From an uncultured Thermoleophilia bacterium (GTDB lineage: Bacteria > Actinomycetota > Thermoleophilia > UBA2241): 64,000 nucleotides of DNA. Below, in pieces: positions 50,504 through 57,862 of this stretch (its first letter is position 1; every line of letters starts with the position of its first letter). The notes beneath the pieces were generated by a model. The model did not search any database and was not told the origin of the DNA. It was given only the letters and a program-made list of their open reading frames with translations. A program made the position numbers and the translations under genes. Where the stretch lies: assembly GCA_963700035.1 (NCBI GenBank), contig CAVOWE010000018.1, positions 170,378 to 234,377 on the forward strand. The letters are read 5' to 3'.

Positions 50504-50779
50504 TTGCATAGCCCACCTAAGTTCTCACAGGACGTCGTGCCGCTCAGTGACCTCAAGGCCAACCCCGGTCGGGTCGTGCACCAGGTCGACGAGACCCATC
50601 GGCCGGTGCTCCTCACCAGCCGCGGTCGCGGCATCGCCGTCGTGCAGGCCCTCACGGAGTACGAGGCTGAGGCCGAGGAGCGTTCGTTCCTGCGCGCCGT
50701 GGTCGAGGGCATCTTCGACCTGGAGGCGGGGCGCGAGCTGGATCTCGCCGTCGTCAAGCAGCGGCTCGGCCTCGACTAG
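50504..50779 (+). CDS. phd: Cassette 5a: Phd/YefM-family antitoxin
   Basis: VVPLSDLKANPGRVVHQVDETHRPVLLTSRGRGIAVVQALTEYE; TTG start with GGAGGT SD. Confidence 0.75.
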   Translation: MHSPPKFSQDVVPLSDLKANPGRVVHQVDETHRPVLLTSRGRGIAVVQALTEYEAEAEERSFLRAVVEGIFDLEAGRELDLAVVKQRLGLD

Positions 50780-50780
50780 C

Positions 50781-51083
50781 GTGCCGGCGCGAGCGCGCAT
50801 CAGCTTCGCCGCCTCCGCCGTCGCGGACCTCGAGGCGATTCGCGCCTGGTACGCCGGCCAGCAGGCCCCCGAGGTGGGTGAGCGCCTGCTGCGCGAGCTC
50901 GTCTCGCACGTCGAGCAGCTCGCCGACTTCCCGGAGAGCGGCCGCATGGTGCCGGAGTTCGGGCTCGTCCAGCTGCGCGAGATCGTCCACCCGCCGTTCC
51001 GGATCGTCTATCGCCTCGCCGAGGACCGGATCCGTGTCGTCCGCGTCTGGCGCAGCGAACGATTGCTCGACCTGCCGACGTGA
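50781..51083 (+). CDS. parE: Cassette 5b: ParE/RelE-family toxin
   Basis: ISFAASAVADLEAIRAWYAGQ...FRIVYRLAEDRIRVVRVWRSERL; the GTG is 2 nt after the antitoxin stop. Confidence 0.75.
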   Translation: MPARARISFAASAVADLEAIRAWYAGQQAPEVGERLLRELVSHVEQLADFPESGRMVPEFGLVQLREIVHPPFRIVYRLAEDRIRVVRVWRSERLLDLPT

Positions 51084-51090
51084 GCGGGTC

Positions 51091-51177
51091 GCCCAACAAG
51101 CGCATCGAGCAGAACGCCAGAAGGTCCGCCGCACGGCGGCAGGTCAGCCGCGTCTGCTCATGCGCGGTGCGTTGGGC
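51091..51177 (+). repeat. attC 5 (GCCCAAC ... GTTGGGC)
   Basis: gcccaacaagcgcatcgagcagaacgccagaaggtcc...gtctgctcatgcgcggtgcGTTGGGC. Confidence 0.75.
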
Positions 51178-51199
51178 GGACGACAGGGCTGGGACATTG

Positions 51200-51613
51200 G
51201 TGATCGCTGGGCTGCTCTCACTACTACCGGCGTCGTTCCTGATCCTGTCCGGTGCACTCGGTGGAGAGTACTGGGGTGATATCTTCATGGTCTGGGGCGG
51301 GGTCTTCGCGCTGCTCTCCGTGCTGTTCGTCGTCCTGGGTGTCCGCAACACGAAAGGCGAAGGCAGGAGTCCCTCGTTCTGGTCCATCCTTCTGCCGCTT
51401 GCCGGCGCGTGGCTGGTCTCTGGTTTCGCACTGGCGGTGATCGACCTGACGCCGCTGTGTCTGGGCCAAGACAACGGCGACGGGCGAAACAGCCTTTCGA
51501 TATGCCTGTTGCTCACCGTTGTGTGGTTCGCATCGATGACCGTTCCCGTCGGTCTGATCTCAGTGGGGGTCTCGGCGCTGACGCCCAAGCTCATCTCTAG
51601 GCCGGGCGTCTGA
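51200..51613 (+). CDS. Cassette 6: membrane protein (four TM)
   Basis: VIAGLLSLLPASFLILSGALGGEYWGDIFMVWGGVFALLSVLFVVLGV...; start (TTG 51197 or GTG 51200) is uncertain. The longer track ORF starts inside attC 5. Confidence 0.5.
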   Translation: MIAGLLSLLPASFLILSGALGGEYWGDIFMVWGGVFALLSVLFVVLGVRNTKGEGRSPSFWSILLPLAGAWLVSGFALAVIDLTPLCLGQDNGDGRNSLSICLLLTVVWFASMTVPVGLISVGVSALTPKLISRPGV

Positions 51614-51647
51614 TGCGACGCTTGCACGGCGAACACTCATGACCGCC

Positions 51648-51732
51648 GCCCAACAAGGGCATCGAGCAGAACGCCAGAAGGTAGACTGACCTGAGAGGGC
51701 ATGCGCGTCTGCTCATGCCCAACACGTTAGGC
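51648..51732 (+). repeat. attC 6 (GCCCAAC ... GTTAGGC); near-identical to attC 11
   Basis: gcccaacaagggcatcgagcagaacgccagaaggtagactgacctgagagggcatgcgcgtctgctcatgcccaacacGTTAGGC. Confidence 0.75.
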
Positions 51733-51750
51733 CGAGCGTAGGGGGGTGCG

Positions 51751-52158
51751 GTGACAACCTACGTCATCGTTGCTGTCGTCAGTGGGATCCTGTTCGGGAT
51801 CCTGGACGCGCTCATCAACGCCAATCCCGTGGCTCAGCGGCTGTTCCAGGTCTACAAGCCGATCGCGCGCACTTCGCTCAATCCAGTGGCCGGCATCGCC
51901 ATCGACCTCGCGTTCGGTTTCGTGATGGCCGGCGCGTTCTTGCTGCTCTATGAGAGCCTTCCCGGCAGCAGCGGAGTGCTCAGGGGCGTGAGCTTCGCTC
52001 TGATCGTATGGTTCTTCCGAGTCGTCATGTCGGTGGCGTCGCAGTGGATGATCTTCCAGGTCCCCGCCCGAACGCTCTTGTACTCGCTCGCCGCCGGCCT
52101 GGCAGAGATGCTGGTGCTCGGCGTGCTGTACGGGCTGACCTTGAGCCCTTCAGGGTGA
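51751..52158 (+). CDS. Cassette 7: membrane protein (four TM)
   Basis: MTTYVIVAVVSGILFGILDALI...FALIVWFFRVVMSV... Confidence 0.6.
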   Translation: MTTYVIVAVVSGILFGILDALINANPVAQRLFQVYKPIARTSLNPVAGIAIDLAFGFVMAGAFLLLYESLPGSSGVLRGVSFALIVWFFRVVMSVASQWMIFQVPARTLLYSLAAGLAEMLVLGVLYGLTLSPSG

Positions 52159-52163
52159 TGCCG

Positions 52164-52249
52164 GCCTAACAAGCGCATGCAGCAGAACGCCGCGAGGTAG
52201 ACTGCGGAAGAGAGGCGCGCGGCGTCTGCTGATGCGCAACGCGTTCGGC
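52164..52249 (+). repeat. attC 7 (GCCTAAC ... GTTCGGC)
   Basis: gcctaacaagcgcatgcagcagaacgccgcgaggtagactg...gtctgctgatgcgcaacgcGTTCGGC. Confidence 0.7.
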
Positions 52250-52276
52250 AACACGCAGGATCTCGGTTTGGATCGC

Positions 52277-52705
52277 ATGGGGGGCCTCGAGCTGGCTCGG
52301 GTCATGACAAAACGCAACGTGGCCTTCGCTGTCATTGGGGCAGCCGCGCTGGTGCTCAAGGGATCCTACAGCGGCCCGCTGCAGGAGGTCGTTCACTCGT
52401 ACGGCGGCAACTTCTCGGTCTCTTTCGCGCTCTACTTCGCATGTGTCAACGCCACCCGCGACTACCGGCGCCCGCGTCTTGTTGCGTCGTTGATCACACT
52501 CGCGGCGGTCACATCTTTCGAGCTCACAAACGGGTTCGGCTTCATGGCGAACGTGTACGATCCGATTGATCTGGTCGCGAACGCCGCCGGAGTGGGGTTT
52601 GCGGTTCTGGTCGATCTGCTCTCCGGGCGGTTCATCAGGAGCAGACACGATGACTCGCCAGCGGTTACCGAACCAGCGCATCCAGCAGACGGCCAGGAGC
52701 GCTAG
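52277..52705 (+). CDS. Cassette 8: membrane protein; its 3' end runs into attC 8
   Basis: MGGLELARVMTKRNVAFAVIGAAALVL... Confidence 0.5.
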   Translation: MGGLELARVMTKRNVAFAVIGAAALVLKGSYSGPLQEVVHSYGGNFSVSFALYFACVNATRDYRRPRLVASLITLAAVTSFELTNGFGFMANVYDPIDLVANAAGVGFAVLVDLLSGRFIRSRHDDSPAVTEPAHPADGQER

Positions 52706-52751
52706 AGTGACGTAGGCGCCTCGGCCGCCGCTGATGCGCCCAACGTCAGAC
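52667..52751 (+). repeat. attC 8 (ACCGAAC ... GTCAGAC; degenerate core)
   Basis: accgaaccagcgcatccagcagacggccaggagcgctagagtgac...gccgctgatgcgcccaacGTCAGAC. Confidence 0.55.
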
Positions 52752-52767
52752 GGACGGGAACCGCTCG

Positions 52768-53307
52768 ATGAGCACCGACTATGTCGTCCGGCTGGCTGGC
52801 CCCGAGCACCTCGACCAGCTACCCGCCATAGAGCGCGCCGCAGCCACCCGGTTCGGCGATTCGCTGCCTCACTCCGTGCTTTCGCATGTCACTCCGGTAG
52901 ACACCCTTGAGGCGGCACAACTGGCTGGCCTGCTCTGGGTGGCGCTCGAACCGGCGGGCACCCCTGTCGGGTTCGCCGTCGCCAGCGTCCACGGGCGGCG
53001 CGTGCACCTCGACGAACTCGACGTGCTGCCCGAGCACGGCCGCAAGGGAGTGGGATCTGCTCTCGTCGAAGCTGTCGAGGACTACGCGCTGAACAGCGGC
53101 TGCATAGAGATCACGCTCACCACGTTCGGTGACGTCCCCTGGAATGCGCCGTTCTATGCGAGCGCCGGCTTCGAGGTCATTCCGGAGCAGGGACTTGACG
53201 CGGAGCTCCTTCGGAGGCTCTCAGATGAGACTGAGCTGGGGCTGGATCGTTCTAGACGGGTGGCGATGCGCAAGCCGCTGAGCCGTCTAACAAGCGCTTC
53301 AACCTGA
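52768..53307 (+). CDS. Cassette 9: GNAT-family N-acetyltransferase
   Basis: LDVLPEHGRKGVGSALVEAVEDYALNSGCIEITLTT (acetyl-CoA binding motif A). Confidence 0.75.
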   Translation: MSTDYVVRLAGPEHLDQLPAIERAAATRFGDSLPHSVLSHVTPVDTLEAAQLAGLLWVALEPAGTPVGFAVASVHGRRVHLDELDVLPEHGRKGVGSALVEAVEDYALNSGCIEITLTTFGDVPWNAPFYASAGFEVIPEQGLDAELLRRLSDETELGLDRSRRVAMRKPLSRLTSAST

Positions 53308-53371
53308 CGCGACGACTCCTCGGCTATCCTGAAAGCGCACGGCGCGCAGGTTAAGCGCATCAACGGTAGGT
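53285..53371 (+). repeat. attC 9 (GTCTAAC ... GGTAGGT; degenerate core)
   Basis: gtctaacaagcgcttcaacctgacgcg...cgcgcaggttaagcgcatcaacGGTAGGT. Confidence 0.55.
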
Positions 53372-53379
53372 TTGGTGGC

Positions 53380-53892
53380 ATGACTCGTCGAGGTCGTCGG
53401 ATCGCATATGTCATCGTCGCCTTCCTCGCCGTTGCGGCGAGCGGTCTGGCGTGTCTCGTCCTGCTCGGCAGGTGGCAGCCGGTGGAGTCCAGCGAAGCGG
53501 TACGGCTGGCCTCGCCGGACGCGCGCTGGGCGCTCACGGTGCGCGATGAGGTAGGCCCGCTCGCCTCGAACCCCGTCCATACGCGCGCCGTGCTCGCGCG
53601 AGCCGACGGCAGCGACGCGCGCACCGTCTACCTCGGCGAGTCCGCCGAGGCCAAGTGGAGCAGCCCGGCCAGCGTGCTCTTCGTCGAGACCGCCTCGGGC
53701 AGGCGCCACGTGGTCGCGGTCCCAGGGGGCTCCTACGACTACCGCTTCGATGAGCCCCGGAACCTCGCCGCGTTCGTCGCCTGGGTCGCGCTGCCTGGGG
53801 TCATGGTCGCACTGGTCGGAGTGCTGCTCATCCGGCGCAGGTCGCGGGTCGTGCGCGGCGCCGCCGGGAGCGAAGCCGGCGCGCTGCCGTAG
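53380..53892 (+). CDS. Cassette 10: membrane-anchored hypothetical protein
   Basis: MTRRGRRIAYVIVAFLAVAASGLACLVLLG...; C-terminal TM VAWVALPGVMVALVGVLLI. Confidence 0.5.
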   Translation: MTRRGRRIAYVIVAFLAVAASGLACLVLLGRWQPVESSEAVRLASPDARWALTVRDEVGPLASNPVHTRAVLARADGSDARTVYLGESAEAKWSSPASVLFVETASGRRHVVAVPGGSYDYRFDEPRNLAAFVAWVALPGVMVALVGVLLIRRRSRVVRGAAGSEAGALP

Positions 53893-53914
53893 GAACGGGC
53901 GCGGTGGCCGACAA

Positions 53915-53999
53915 ACCTAGCAAGCGCAAGAGCTGACGGCGGTATGCTTGGTGGGGAAGTGAGCGCACCGGCCGCAGCTGATGCGCAAACACGTTGGAC
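53915..53999 (+). repeat. attC 10 (ACCTAGC ... GTTGGAC)
   Basis: acctagcaagcgcaagagctgacgg...gccgcagctgatgcgcaaacacGTTGGAC. Confidence 0.6.
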
Positions 54000-54023
54000 C
54001 GACCACCACAGGAGGGCCGTCGG

Positions 54024-54524
54024 GTGGGGGAACTCCGCAGTGATCTGGATGAGCTGCGCGAACAGCTCGACAAGGGTTCGATCCAGCGGGCGTACGCGGC
54101 GATAGTCGGGTACATGTCACGACTGCGCGCCCACTACGCGAGCACCCAAGGCGAGCGAGCAGTCTCCGGCCTGTATCAGGGCTACTTCGACATGACGTAC
54201 TTCGCGCTGTTTCCGCCAGCGCTCAAGTCGCGTGACCTCAAGCTCGCGGTCGTCTTCGACTACGAGGCGTTTCGCTTCGAGGTGTGGCTCGCTGCCCGAA
54301 ATCGCAAGGTGCAGCGTCAGTACTGGGAACTCTTCACGAATAGCGGCTGGTCCACGTATCGCATCGTCGAACCCGCCGCCGGAATTGATGCAATCGTCGA
54401 GCACGACATCGTCGGCGAGTTCGACCTCGATGACCCTGATGGACTCACCAGCCAGATTGCGGATGCGGCGGCCACATTCCTAGCGGACATCGAGGGCTTC
54501 CTAGCAGCTCACGATGCGCGCTAG
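54024..54524 (+). CDS. Cassette 11: hypothetical cytoplasmic protein
   Basis: VGELRSDLDELREQLDKGSIQRAYAAIVGYMSRLRAHY...; GTG with AGGAGG SD. The track ORF starts at a TTG inside attC 10. Confidence 0.5.
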   Translation: MGELRSDLDELREQLDKGSIQRAYAAIVGYMSRLRAHYASTQGERAVSGLYQGYFDMTYFALFPPALKSRDLKLAVVFDYEAFRFEVWLAARNRKVQRQYWELFTNSGWSTYRIVEPAAGIDAIVEHDIVGEFDLDDPDGLTSQIADAAATFLADIEGFLAAHDAR

Positions 54525-54527
54525 GCG

Positions 54528-54612
54528 GTCCAACAAGGGCATCGAGCAGAACGCCAGCAGGTAGACTGACCTGAGAGGGCATGCGCGTCTGCTCATGCCC
54601 AACACGTTGGGC
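54528..54612 (+). repeat. attC 11 (GTCCAAC ... GTTGGGC); near-identical to attC 6
   Basis: gtccaacaagggcatcgagcagaacgccagcaggtagactgacctgagagggcatgcgcgtctgctcatgcccaacacGTTGGGC. Confidence 0.75.
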
Positions 54613-54778
54613 ACACCTGGGAGGCGACGTGGCCATCGGTGTCGTTCTGGAGGTGTCCGGAGTCCTCCGCGTAGTGAAGCCGGACATCTCGAAGCGCTGG
54701 TTCTGCAAGCCCGCCGGCAGAGCTGAGCGCCCCTGGGCCCTGAGCATGACCTGCTCTGCATGCGAGTCCTGAGCTAGG

Positions 54779-55363
54779 ATGACGGCGATGAACTGTCCCT
54801 CGAACGGCCCCGTATTCCCGCGGCTCACCACGGCACGGCTCGTCCTGCGAGAGCTGACGCTCGAAGACGCGGGCTGGTACCTGTCGCACTTCTCGCGTCC
54901 GGAGATAATCAGTGGGCAGGGGTATCCGGCCCCCGACGGCCTCGAGGGGGCGCGCGAAGAGCTGCAGCGCTTCGTCGTGGACCTCGCCGCGCAGGGGACG
55001 GGCGGGCGCTGGGGCATCGCCCTGAAGGACCATGAAGCCCTGGTCGGCAGCGCCGGCTTCTACGACTGGGACCACAAGGCCCGCTCGGCCGAGATCGGCT
55101 ACGACCTCGCCTCCGAGCACTGGGGCAAAGGCCTCATGAGCGAGGCCCTGACGGCGATCCTCGATCACTGCTTCGAACACCTCGACCTGAATCGTCTGCA
55201 GGCGCTCGTTTTGCCGCGCAACGAACGCTCGCAGCAGCTGCTGACCGGGCTCGGCTTCAACCGCGAGGGTCTCCTGCGTCAGCACGGGGTCGACGAGAAG
55301 GGACGCCTCTGCGACGACCTGGTCTTCGCCCTGCTGCGGAGCGAGCGGAGAGCGACGACCTGA
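54779..55363 (+). CDS. Cassette 12: GNAT acetyltransferase (RimJ/RimL-like)
   Basis: RLVLRELTLEDAGWYLSHFS...GYDLASEHWGKGLMSEALTAILDHCFEHLDLNRLQALVLPRNERSQQLLTGLGF. Confidence 0.8.
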   Translation: MTAMNCPSNGPVFPRLTTARLVLRELTLEDAGWYLSHFSRPEIISGQGYPAPDGLEGAREELQRFVVDLAAQGTGGRWGIALKDHEALVGSAGFYDWDHKARSAEIGYDLASEHWGKGLMSEALTAILDHCFEHLDLNRLQALVLPRNERSQQLLTGLGFNREGLLRQHGVDEKGRLCDDLVFALLRSERRATT

Positions 55364-55498
55364 CGGCCGCGCCACGGTGGCCGCCAGGATGTGGCAGTCG
55401 CAGGCGGATGTGTCGCTACACCTCGGGTCAACACACCCCAGGCAGTGTCTTCATCCTCGCCGGGACTGTGCTCGTGCATGGTAAGCGGTGAGCGAGCG

Positions 55499-55583
55499 GG
55501 CTAACAAAGGCATCAACCTGACGGCCAGAAGGTAGACTGACCAGAAGGCGCCTGCGCCGCAGGTCATGCCTAAGACGTTAGCT
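55499..55583 (+). repeat. attC 12 (GGCTAAC ... GTTAGCT)
   Basis: ggctaacaaaggcatcaacctgacggccagaaggtagactgacc...caggtcatgcctaagacGTTAGCT. Confidence 0.65.
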
Positions 55584-55637
55584 GCACAGGGCCACCCGTC
55601 GCTCCAGACCACCGTCTCCCCCGATCGTCACCCACTC

Positions 55638-55666
55638 TTGACGTATAACGCGACGCGTTATAGATT
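55638..55666 (+). promoter_or_regulatory. higBA promoter/operator: -35 TTGACG, 17-nt spacer formed by the perfect palindrome TATAACGCG-A-CGCGTTATA, -10 TAGATT
   Basis: Read directly; 7 nt upstream of the higB ATG. Confidence 0.55.
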
Positions 55667-55672
55667 GGCCAT

Positions 55673-55954
55673 ATGATCAAGTCGTTCCGAGACGCCGAGA
55701 CGGCCAGGGTCTTCGACCGTAGGTTCTCCCGGCGCTTGCCGGGCGACATCCAGTCAGTCGCGCTGCGCAAGCTGCGCATGCTGAACAACGCTGTCGACGT
55801 GAGCGACCTGCGTAGCCCGCCGGCGAACCGGCTGGAGAAGCTGTCCGGCGACCGCCGGGGCCAGCACAGCGTGCGCATCAACGATCAGTGGCGCATCTGT
55901 TTCGTCTGGCGCGCCGGCGATGCCTACGACGTCGAGATCTGCGACTACCACTGA
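55673..55954 (+). CDS. higB: Cassette 13a: HigB toxin (RelE/ParE superfamily)
   Basis: MIKSFRDAETARVFDRRFSRRLPGDIQSVALRKLRMLNNAVDVSDLRSPPANRLEKLSGDRRGQHSVRINDQWRICFVW. Confidence 0.8.
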   Translation: MIKSFRDAETARVFDRRFSRRLPGDIQSVALRKLRMLNNAVDVSDLRSPPANRLEKLSGDRRGQHSVRINDQWRICFVWRAGDAYDVEICDYH

Positions 55955-55963
55955 AGGCGAGGT

Positions 55964-56275
55964 GTGACGATGACCGAAGAGAGACTGCCGCCGGTCCACC
56001 CGGGCGAGGTGCTGCTTGAGGAGTTCCTCAAGCCGATGGGCCTCAGCCAGAACCGGCTGGGACTGAACATCGGCGTGCACCCGCGCCGCATCAACGAGAT
56101 CGTCCTGCACAAGCGCCGCGTGACTGCTGAGACTGCCCTGCGCCTGGCGCGCTACTTCGGCACTTCGCCGCAGTTCTGGCTCGGTCTCCAGTCGGACTAC
56201 GACCTCGACGTTGCCGCCGACGCGCTTGGCGAACGACTTGAGCGCGAGGTCCAGGTGCGGGCCAAAGCCAGCTAG
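55964..56275 (+). CDS. higA: Cassette 13b: HigA antitoxin (XRE-type HTH)
   Basis: VHPGEVLLEEFLKPMGLSQNRLGLNIGVHPRRINEIVLHKRRVTAETALRLARYFGTSPQFWLGLQSDYDL. Confidence 0.8.
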   Translation: MTMTEERLPPVHPGEVLLEEFLKPMGLSQNRLGLNIGVHPRRINEIVLHKRRVTAETALRLARYFGTSPQFWLGLQSDYDLDVAADALGERLEREVQVRAKAS

Positions 56276-56285
56276 CCGTGGTGGC

Positions 56286-56372
56286 AGCTAACAAGGCGTT
56301 CGAGCTGACTCGCAGAGGCTCAGCGCAAGGATGGGGCCTGAGCGCTCGCAGCTCAGCGCCCCGACGTTGGGC
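56286..56372 (+). repeat. attC 13 (AGCTAAC ... GTTGGGC)
   Basis: agctaacaaggcgttcgagctgactcgc...gctcgcagctcagcgccccgacGTTGGGC. Confidence 0.65.
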
Positions 56373-56426
56373 AGTTGCAGCGGAGCCGCATCTGTGGTCG
56401 GGGCGCGAGGAAGCTCGGGAGTCTGC

Positions 56427-56861
56427 ATGACGGTGACGGTTCGGCGGGGCCGAGAGGCGGACGCCGCGGCGCTCAAGGCGCTGGACACCATCGCGCCGGT
56501 CGACCCGCAGAGGGCCGTCTCGATCGACGGCTGGCTGGTGCAAGACGTGGTCTTCGTCGCTGTCGCCGACGATCAGCCCGTCGGCTACGCGGTCTTCAAC
56601 CATGACTTCTTCCGCCAGGGCAACGTCGCCATGCTCATGCTTGCCGTCGACTGGCGCGGCCGCGACATCGGTGAGCAGCTGCTGCAGGCTCTCGAGGACG
56701 CCTGCGATACGCCGAAGCTGTTCTGCACCACCAACGTCTCCAACCATCGCATGCAGCGCCTGCTCGCGCGTCGCGGCTTCCTCGCCTGCGGCTTCATCGA
56801 CGAGCTCGATCCCGGCGATCCCGAGCTGGTCTACGTCAAGAAGCTGGGGGAGAAGCGGTGA
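56427..56861 (+). CDS. Cassette 14: GNAT acetyltransferase
   Basis: MTVTVRRGREADAAALKALD...MLAVDWRGRDIGEQLLQALEDACDTPKLFCTTNVSNHRMQRLLARRGF. Confidence 0.75.
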   Translation: MTVTVRRGREADAAALKALDTIAPVDPQRAVSIDGWLVQDVVFVAVADDQPVGYAVFNHDFFRQGNVAMLMLAVDWRGRDIGEQLLQALEDACDTPKLFCTTNVSNHRMQRLLARRGFLACGFIDELDPGDPELVYVKKLGEKR

Positions 56862-56871
56862 TGTGCGCACT

Positions 56872-56961
56872 GCCCAACAAGCGGATCAAGCTGACTCGCC
56901 GCGGCGCCGGCGGCCTCACGAGAGGCCGGCGCGCTCGCAGCTTGTCCGCGGTGCGTTGGGC
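56872..56961 (+). repeat. attC 14 (GCCCAAC ... GTTGGGC)
   Basis: gcccaacaagcggatcaagctgactcgcc...gctcgcagcttgtccgcggtgcGTTGGGC. Confidence 0.7.
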
Positions 56962-56988
56962 GGAACGAGGCGATTCCGGGGGAGCTGC

Positions 56989-57606
56989 ATGCGGTCGGAC
57001 GGCCCACTGAACTCTCAAGAGAGCTTCCATCCGGTCACTGCGGAGCGATTGGGCGACTTGGATCGCTTCTCGAGGCAACATGGCAAGTTCCGGTACTGCT
57101 CGTGTATGCGATGGCGGCTGCCAAGCTCCGAGTTCCAGCGGTGCACGAAGGAACAGCGTGCGTCGCGGCTCGAGCAGCTCGTCGTCTCGGGCATCCCGGT
57201 CGGTGTGCTTGCCTACGTCGGCGGCGAGCCCGTCGGCTGGTGCTCGGTGGGACCGCGTGAGAGCTTCGCGGGTCTCGAACGCTCGCGTACGCTGTCGCGG
57301 ATCGATGACACGGCCGTGTGGTCGGTCACTTGCTTCTTCGTCGATGCGCAGCAGCGCCGTCGCGGGCTGCAGTCCAGACTCCTCGATGCCGCGATCGGGT
57401 ACGCCCGCGCGCAGGGCGCGGGCGTGATCGAGGCCTACCCCGTGGACCCATGTTCCCGCTCCTACCGGTTCATGGGCTTCCCGGGCCTGTTCGAGCGTGC
57501 GGGATTCGTTGACGTGACACCGCCCGGCCGCGCGAGGAACGTCATGCGCCTGGTGCTTGGAGCGTCCGAACAAGCGCATCGAGCAGAACGCCAGAAGGTA
57601 GACTGA
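56989..57606 (+). CDS. Cassette 15: GNAT-like acetyltransferase; its 3' end runs into attC 15
   Basis: MRSDGPLNSQESFHPVTAERLGDLDRFSRQHGKF...CFFVDAQQRRRGLQSRLLDAAIGYARAQGAGVIEAYPVD. Confidence 0.6.
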   Translation: MRSDGPLNSQESFHPVTAERLGDLDRFSRQHGKFRYCSCMRWRLPSSEFQRCTKEQRASRLEQLVVSGIPVGVLAYVGGEPVGWCSVGPRESFAGLERSRTLSRIDDTAVWSVTCFFVDAQQRRRGLQSRLLDAAIGYARAQGAGVIEAYPVDPCSRSYRFMGFPGLFERAGFVDVTPPGRARNVMRLVLGASEQAHRAERQKVD

Positions 57607-57649
57607 CCTGAGAGCGCATCGGCGTCTGCTCGTGCGCGGTGCGTTGGAC
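57565..57649 (+). repeat. attC 15 (TCCGAAC ... GTTGGAC)
   Basis: tccgaacaagcgcatcgagcagaacgccagaaggtagactgacctgagagcgcatcggcgtctgctcgtgcgcggtgcGTTGGAC. Confidence 0.75.
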
Positions 57650-57862
57650 GAGACCCGGCGCCGCCGCCTGGCTGGGCTTGAGTTCCGTAGCGCCTGTCTG
57701 GGACGATCAGGGCGACGGCAGGGTCTCGGGGGGATCCATGGAGGAATCGTCGACGATGTACGCTGTCGTTGCCGACGTGCGCGGCGAGGTCTTGCGCGAA
57801 GTGATGAAGGACTCCCGATAGCGGGGCGGGCGATGCGGGCTGGGCGAACAGCAGAGGGCATG

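Noticed and set aside
54581-54772. 62-aa ORF between attC 11 and the GNAT gene of cassette 12
   Set aside because: Begins inside the attC, has no SD and a Cys/Arg-rich sequence. The 160-bp interval more likely carries only the GNAT promoter and start, possibly with an upstream in-frame ATG at 54779.
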